Shown here one piece after another: positions 59,552 to 64,000 of a stretch of 64,000 bases of DNA (positions are counted from its first letter, which is position 1; the number at the start of each line of letters is the position of its first letter). The DNA is taken from the NCBI GenBank assembly GCA_050916045.1, contig CP051526.1, positions 1,024,001-1,088,000 on the forward strand, in the 5' to 3' direction. Position numbers and translations under genes: made by a program. This DNA is from Tepidisphaera sp. Its GTDB lineage: Bacteria > Planctomycetota > Phycisphaerae > Phycisphaerales > UBA1924. The notes below the pieces were generated by a model. It saw only the letters and a program-made list of their open reading frames with translations. It was not told the DNA's origin and did not search any database.

Positions 59552-59648
59552 TTCACCACAGAGCCACAGCGCCGTACAACCGAGGCACATGAGCAGTGCG
59601 CGCCCGCCGGTGCGTGTTCCCCTCGGCGCCTCTGTGCCTCTGTGGTGA
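59552..59648. repeat. CACCACAGAG-type hairpin element
   Basis: TCACCACAGAGCCACAG ... CTGTGCCTCTGTGGTGA inverted arms just upstream of the RBS. Confidence 0.75.
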
Positions 59649-59668
59649 CATCCTCTTGGAGAATGGCG

Positions 59669-60376
59669 ATGGGTATTGTTCCAACGACACGTCTTGGCAA
59701 GATCGAGTTCTACGAAGCGCACATCGCGCCCTGGACCAGTAACGCCGCGGCCGTGGGGCTTTTGCCCGCGACCGTCACGGCCCTGGCCACCGCGACCACG
59801 CAGGCGAGGGCGGCGTTCAACGCCGCCGAAGCCGCGCGGCAGGCCGCCAAGACCGCCACGCAGAACTTCTACGACAAGGTGCGGGCCATGCACAACGGCC
59901 CCGGCGCGGGGCAGGACATGATCGACACCATCCGCCTCTACGCCGAGACCAAGAACGACCCCAACGTCTACACGCTCGCCCAGATCCCGCCCCCCGCGAC
60001 GCCGGGGACCACGCCGCCCCCGGGCACGCCGTACGAGTTCGCCGTCGGCCTGCTCCAGAACGGCGCGGTCGAGCTCAAGTGGAAATGCAACAACCCCAGC
60101 GGCACCTCGGGGACGATCTATGAAGTGATGCGGAAGACCGGATCGGGCGGATTCGTCTTCGTGGGGGGCACCGGCGTCCGGGTGTTCGTCGATGAGACGA
60201 TCCCCGCCGGCTCCGCGCCCGTGACGTACCAGATCACCGCCGTCCGCAGCACCACGCGCGGCAACCCCGCGCAGTTCACGGTGAACTTCGGGATCGGCGG
60301 GCCGACCCTGACCGTCGCGGGCGGGGCGGAAGGTGGTCTTGGTGGGGGGGCGAGCCCCGTCAAGATGGCGGCGTAA
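59669..60376 (+). CDS. Hypothetical protein: N-terminal helical bundle + C-terminal fibronectin type III-like domain
   Basis: GGAGA RBS; Ala-rich helices, Pro linker, VELKWK...IYEVMR...FVDET...VTYQITAVR. Confidence 0.8.
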   Translation: MGIVPTTRLGKIEFYEAHIAPWTSNAAAVGLLPATVTALATATTQARAAFNAAEAARQAAKTATQNFYDKVRAMHNGPGAGQDMIDTIRLYAETKNDPNVYTLAQIPPPATPGTTPPPGTPYEFAVGLLQNGAVELKWKCNNPSGTSGTIYEVMRKTGSGGFVFVGGTGVRVFVDETIPAGSAPVTYQITAVRSTTRGNPAQFTVNFGIGGPTLTVAGGAEGGLGGGASPVKMAA

Positions 60377-60401
60377 ACCAAGCACACAACCCCGCAACCA
60401 C

Positions 60402-60437
60402 GAAGCGACCCGCCCCGGTGCGGGTCGCTTTCATTTC
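60402..60437 (+). terminator. Intrinsic terminator
   Basis: AAGCGACCCGC-cccggt-GCGGGTCGCTT followed by a T-rich tail. Confidence 0.7.
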
Positions 60438-60568
60438 CCGCTATACCCCGCGTCTCCTCCCCCTTCTCCCCGTCTCCGGCACCATCCCGCGAGTCCATGT
60501 ATGCTTCGGACGCCACGCGCCCGACGACGGCGAGAAGCTCGCGCGCCGGCCCGCCGAGGAGGTACCCG

Positions 60569-61210
60569 ATGCCCTTTGATGAGATGGACTTTGCGTTCGC
60601 GACCCGTGTGTCAAATCTGGCTTCCAAGCACGTCCGTCGCGCGACCGAGCTCGACGCCGCGTGGCGCGATGTCGTCAAAGCCGCCCGCCCCGCGATCGGG
60701 CCCGCCCTCGCCAAAGCGGCTCTCGAACTGCCCATCGCCAGCGGTCTCGTGACCATCACCTCCGAGTTCGCCGCGCTGCTCGCCCGCGACAACGCCGGCC
60801 CCGCGAAGAAGGTCAACGGCCTCTGGTTCGGCCTCGCCGAGCTCTGCACGGACGACTCCGCCGAGAACACGGTCTGGATGCCGTACATCTGCGGGAGCGT
60901 CAAGTTCAACCCCAAGAACCACGACTGGCCCTGCAACCCCGCGTGGTTCCCCGAGGACCGCTGGGCGCCGAACGAACCGATGACGGCGCTCTCGCGGCTC
61001 CGCGACAAGCACGAGAAGCGGGCGTGGTACATCGACACCTGCCTGCTCGAGCCGCTTCATCAGCTTTATGTTGCCCACTTCGCCCGCGGCTGCCCGCCGG
61101 CGATCCTGCTCGGCAAGAGCAAGTCACGCGGGATCGGCTGCGGGTTCGACGATGGCGACCTGATGACGATCGGCGTGAGCGACGAGAAGGGGTTCAAGCC
61201 GGCCAAATGA
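60569..61210 (+). CDS. Hypothetical protein
   Basis: GAGGAGG RBS, GC3-rich codon usage, C-terminal GFDDGD motif. Confidence 0.7.
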   Translation: MPFDEMDFAFATRVSNLASKHVRRATELDAAWRDVVKAARPAIGPALAKAALELPIASGLVTITSEFAALLARDNAGPAKKVNGLWFGLAELCTDDSAENTVWMPYICGSVKFNPKNHDWPCNPAWFPEDRWAPNEPMTALSRLRDKHEKRAWYIDTCLLEPLHQLYVAHFARGCPPAILLGKSKSRGIGCGFDDGDLMTIGVSDEKGFKPAK

Positions 61211-61306
61211 AACGGATGATCATCGCGGAATGATGAGCTCCGCCCGTTTTGGACGGTGCGTCTCCTCTGCCGGGACGCGTGGTCCGTCCGGCCGGAGGCA
61301 TTCATC

Positions 61307-63085
61307 ATGGCAAGCATCGTGGCAAGCATCAGGGCAAGCATCAGGGCAAGCGTCGTCGTTCGTCGGTCGGAGCTGCGGGAGCGGGTTCTTCGCCGCGGGC
61401 TCATCCTCCTCGCCACCCTCGCCGCCGCCGGCGGCATCGAAACCATCGGGCTCGGAAGCGGTCAGGGTTCGCAAGGGCGGTGGGGGGGATGGGGGCGGTG
61501 GGGCGTCGCGAGCGCCCAATGCTCAAACTGGTTCGGGGCGCGGCTTGAGGGGGAAAGCGTTCCGAACGCGTCCACTTCCGTCTCGGCGGACTTTGATCAG
61601 GACGGCTTCCCCGACATTGCGGTTCGGACGACGTTCAACGCTCCGGAAGCGGGCGTGTACATGCTCTGGGGCCTGGGTGAGGGTCGGTTCGAGCGGGCGG
61701 AACTGATCTGGGCGGGGCCCACGGCCGCGCTCGCGATGGGCGATCTGCGGGGTGACGGTCTGCCGGACTTGGTCGTCTCCAGCAACGGCCCGGTGCAGGT
61801 CTTCACGCTCGCGAACGCGGGCCCGCGCGAGTTTGCCGTGATGCCGGGAGTTTCGTTCACGCCCGCGAGCGTCTGCGTTGATCTCGCGGTGGGTGATGTC
61901 AACGGCGACGGCTTTGACGATGTGATCGGCCTGGACCGCAACAACGACCGCGTCGGCGTCTTCGTGGGGGATGGCGGCGGGCGGCTTACGGTTCCGGTGT
62001 CCACGACCATCACGATGACCTCTGCCTCGGCGATGGACACGCTCGCCGCCGGTGATCTCAACGGCGATGGTCGCGCGGACTGCGTGGTGGTCGATCGGTT
62101 CACCAACGGCGGTCAGACCCGACTGCACACGTTGGTCGCGGGCGCCGGGCCGCTCATACTCACCGGCACGCACACGCTCGCGCAGGTCGCCCCCGGCCCC
62201 GTGGGGCTTGGTGATGTGGATGGGGACCGGCACCTGGATGCGGTCATCAGCGTCGCGGGAGCTCAGCAGGCCGCCGCGGTCTTCCGCGGTCTGGGCAACG
62301 GCACGATCGCGGCCCCGGACTTCTTCCCGGGAATCGCCACGGTGCACGGGCGGCCGGTGATTCGCGATCTGGATCTGGATGGCGACACCGATGTCGCCAT
62401 GGGCAACAACGTCATCCGCGTCTGGCTCAACGATGGCTCGGGCCGGCTTGCGCCTCAGCCGGGGCTGGCGGGCAACGTCGGCGGGTTCGGCGTTCACGCC
62501 GGGCCCTTCATGAGCACCGATCGGCCCGACCTGGTGATCGTCGGCGGCGGGGCGAGCTCGCCCCGGCTGGCCGTCTTCCCCTCGGTCCCCGTCCCGTCGG
62601 TCGTCGAAGCCATTCAGGCCGTCGTCCCCGGCTGCCCGGGCGCGACCGTCTTCCCCGAGGTGCGAGCGACGCCGGACACCGACGCGAGGTACGAATGGCA
62701 GATCCGACGCGGCCGGCTCGGCTACGAAGCGATGATCGAAGGTGAGCCGCTCTTCACCGACAGCAACGAAGACATCGCGTTCGCCCGCAACGTCACCGAA
62801 CCGCGGCTCGCCCTGACCTTCGCGAACCGCTGCTGCCTGGTCGACCTCTCTTTCACGATCCGCTGCGTCGTGACGACCGCCTGCGGCACCACCGCGGGCC
62901 CCGACATCCTCATCACCCTCTGCCGCATCGATATGACCTGCGACGGCTTCGTCGACTTCTTCGACTACGACCAGTTCGTCCAGGACTACACCGACGGCGG
63001 CGAAGCGGCGGACTTCAACCGCGACGGCTTCCTGGACTTCTTCGACTACGACGACTTCGTCGCGGCTTTCGAGATCGGCTGCTGA
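61307..63085 (+). CDS. FG-GAP/VCBS repeat protein with GC-type dockerin-like C-terminus
   Basis: Multiple GD(V/L)NGDG..D repeats; CRIDMTCDGFVDFFDYD...FEIGC; start uncertain. Confidence 0.85.
   Translation: MASIVASIRASIRASVVVRRSELRERVLRRGLILLATLAAAGGIETIGLGSGQGSQGRWGGWGRWGVASAQCSNWFGARLEGESVPNASTSVSADFDQDGFPDIAVRTTFNAPEAGVYMLWGLGEGRFERAELIWAGPTAALAMGDLRGDGLPDLVVSSNGPVQVFTLANAGPREFAVMPGVSFTPASVCVDLAVGDVNGDGFDDVIGLDRNNDRVGVFVGDGGGRLTVPVSTTITMTSASAMDTLAAGDLNGDGRADCVVVDRFTNGGQTRLHTLVAGAGPLILTGTHTLAQVAPGPVGLGDVDGDRHLDAVISVAGAQQAAAVFRGLGNGTIAAPDFFPGIATVHGRPVIRDLDLDGDTDVAMGNNVIRVWLNDGSGRLAPQPGLAGNVGGFGVHAGPFMSTDRPDLVIVGGGASSPRLAVFPSVPVPSVVEAIQAVVPGCPGATVFPEVRATPDTDARYEWQIRRGRLGYEAMIEGEPLFTDSNEDIAFARNVTEPRLALTFANRCCLVDLSFTIRCVVTTACGTTAGPDILITLCRIDMTCDGFVDFFDYDQFVQDYTDGGEAADFNRDGFLDFFDYDDFVAAFEIGC
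61309..61356 (+). repeat. 12-nt tandem repeat x4 at the 5' end of the FG-GAP gene
   Basis: GGCAAGCATCGT GGCAAGCATCAG GGCAAGCATCAG GGCAAGCGTCGT. Confidence 0.8.
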
Positions 63086-63143
63086 GTCCTCCGCCAAACC
63101 AACCTTCACAACACGGCCGGGGCCATGCGACCGGCAACAACGA

Positions 63144-63181
63144 CGACGGCCGTCCCGGAGGGGACGGCCGTCGCTTGTTTC
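63144..63181. terminator. Intrinsic terminator between convergent genes
   Basis: CGACGGCCGTCCC-ggag-GGGACGGCCGTCG followed by CTTGTTT. Confidence 0.75.
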
Positions 63182-63198
63182 GAGATTGTCAAAGCACT

Positions 63199-64000
63199 TT
63201 ACACCACCGCGGCACAGATCTTCGTCGCCGCGTCCGTCAGGTCCGCTCCGGCCTGAAGCGTCGGGAGCGAAGCTTTCGCCGACTCCAGCAGCGCCCGGCC
63301 CTCCTTGACGTTGGTCCCCTCAAGCCGCACGACCAGCGGCACCTTGAACCCGATCGAGCCATCGCGGTTCACGTGCTTCTTCGCCGCGTTGATGATCCCC
63401 TGCGCGATCACATCGCACTTCATGATCCCGCCGAAGATGTTGACCATGATCCCTTTGACCCGCCGGTCCGACAGGATGATGCTGAAAGCCTCGGTCACGG
63501 CTTCCTCGGTCGCCCCGCCGCCGACGTCCAGGAAGTTCGCCGGCTCGCCCCCGTGCAGCTTGATCACGTCCATCGTCGCCATCGCGAGGCCCGCCCCGTT
63601 GACCAGGCACCCGATGTTCCCGTCCAGAGGGACGTACGACAAGCCGAACTTGCGGGCCCGCATCTCGGCGGGGTTCTCTTCCGAGGGGTCAAACCACCCC
63701 TCGATCTGCTGCTGCCTGAACATCCCGTTGTCGTCGAAGCTGAACTTCGCGTCAATCGCGAGCACCTGACCATCCGGGAAGTCCTTGGAAGGCGGCGTGA
63801 TCACCAGCGGGTTGATCTCGGCGAGCGTGCAGTCCTTCTCGACGAAGACCTTCGCGAGCTTGACCATGATGTCCGCGGCCTGCCCGATCTGCTTGCCCTT
63901 GAGGCCAAGCTCGAAGGCGACCTTGCGGGCCTGATTCGGCAAGAGGCCCGCGATGGGGTGGAGGGGTTCCTTGATGATGGCTTCGGGGCGGTCGTGGGCG
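63199..64000 (-). CDS. sucC: Succinyl-CoA synthetase beta subunit (5' end outside the window)
   Basis: [39 protein letters not shown] and RLEGTN. Confidence 0.95.
   Translation of the reverse strand, partial: AHDRPEAIIKEPLHPIAGLLPNQARKVAFELGLKGKQIGQAADIMVKLAKVFVEKDCTLAEINPLVITPPSKDFPDGQVLAIDAKFSFDDNGMFRQQQIEGWFDPSEENPAEMRARKFGLSYVPLDGNIGCLVNGAGLAMATMDVIKLHGGEPANFLDVGGGATEEAVTEAFSIILSDRRVKGIMVNIFGGIMKCDVIAQGIINAAKKHVNRDGSIGFKVPLVVRLEGTNVKEGRALLESAKASLPTLQAGADLTDAATKICAAVV

Noticed and set aside
1..64000. tRNA, rRNA, riboswitch, transposase or prophage genes
   Set aside because: None recognised by eye; a covariance-model search (Infernal/Rfam, tRNAscan-SE) would be needed to exclude small RNAs

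Overview
High-GC bacterial chromosomal window, most likely a planctomycete of the Phycisphaerales type. This is inferred from GC-type dockerin-like C-termini ending FExGC, DUF1559-like prepilin/H-X9-DG genes, a PEP-CTERM protein and CPECG zinc-ribbon membrane proteins. Most of it is housekeeping genes (EF-G paralogue, gltX, serC, guaB, sucA/sucB, kbl, rpiA, pyrG, sucC) mixed with secreted peptidases and surface proteins. No rRNA, tRNA, CRISPR array, transposase or integrase was recognised. Two accessory patches stand out. (1) About 58.0-60.4 kb: two orphan ORFs, each with its own -10 box, are separated by copies of a double-hairpin repeat. They are followed by a 21-nt palindromic tandem array, a GCAC-N6-GTGCCAA operator-like site, a CACCACAGAG hairpin and a helical+FN3-like gene. 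(2) About 31.7-33.2 kb: an Imm1-like gene and a membrane gene are bracketed by CACCACAGAG inverted repeats, followed by a second, degenerate 21-nt array and the same operator-like site. Also notable are a DoxX-DinB-NRDE-ATP-grasp operon of unknown function, a recurring leaderless-gene signature, an HTH-like insertion in GluRS and an orphan WXG100 gene. Family assignments come from motif recognition, not database searches.
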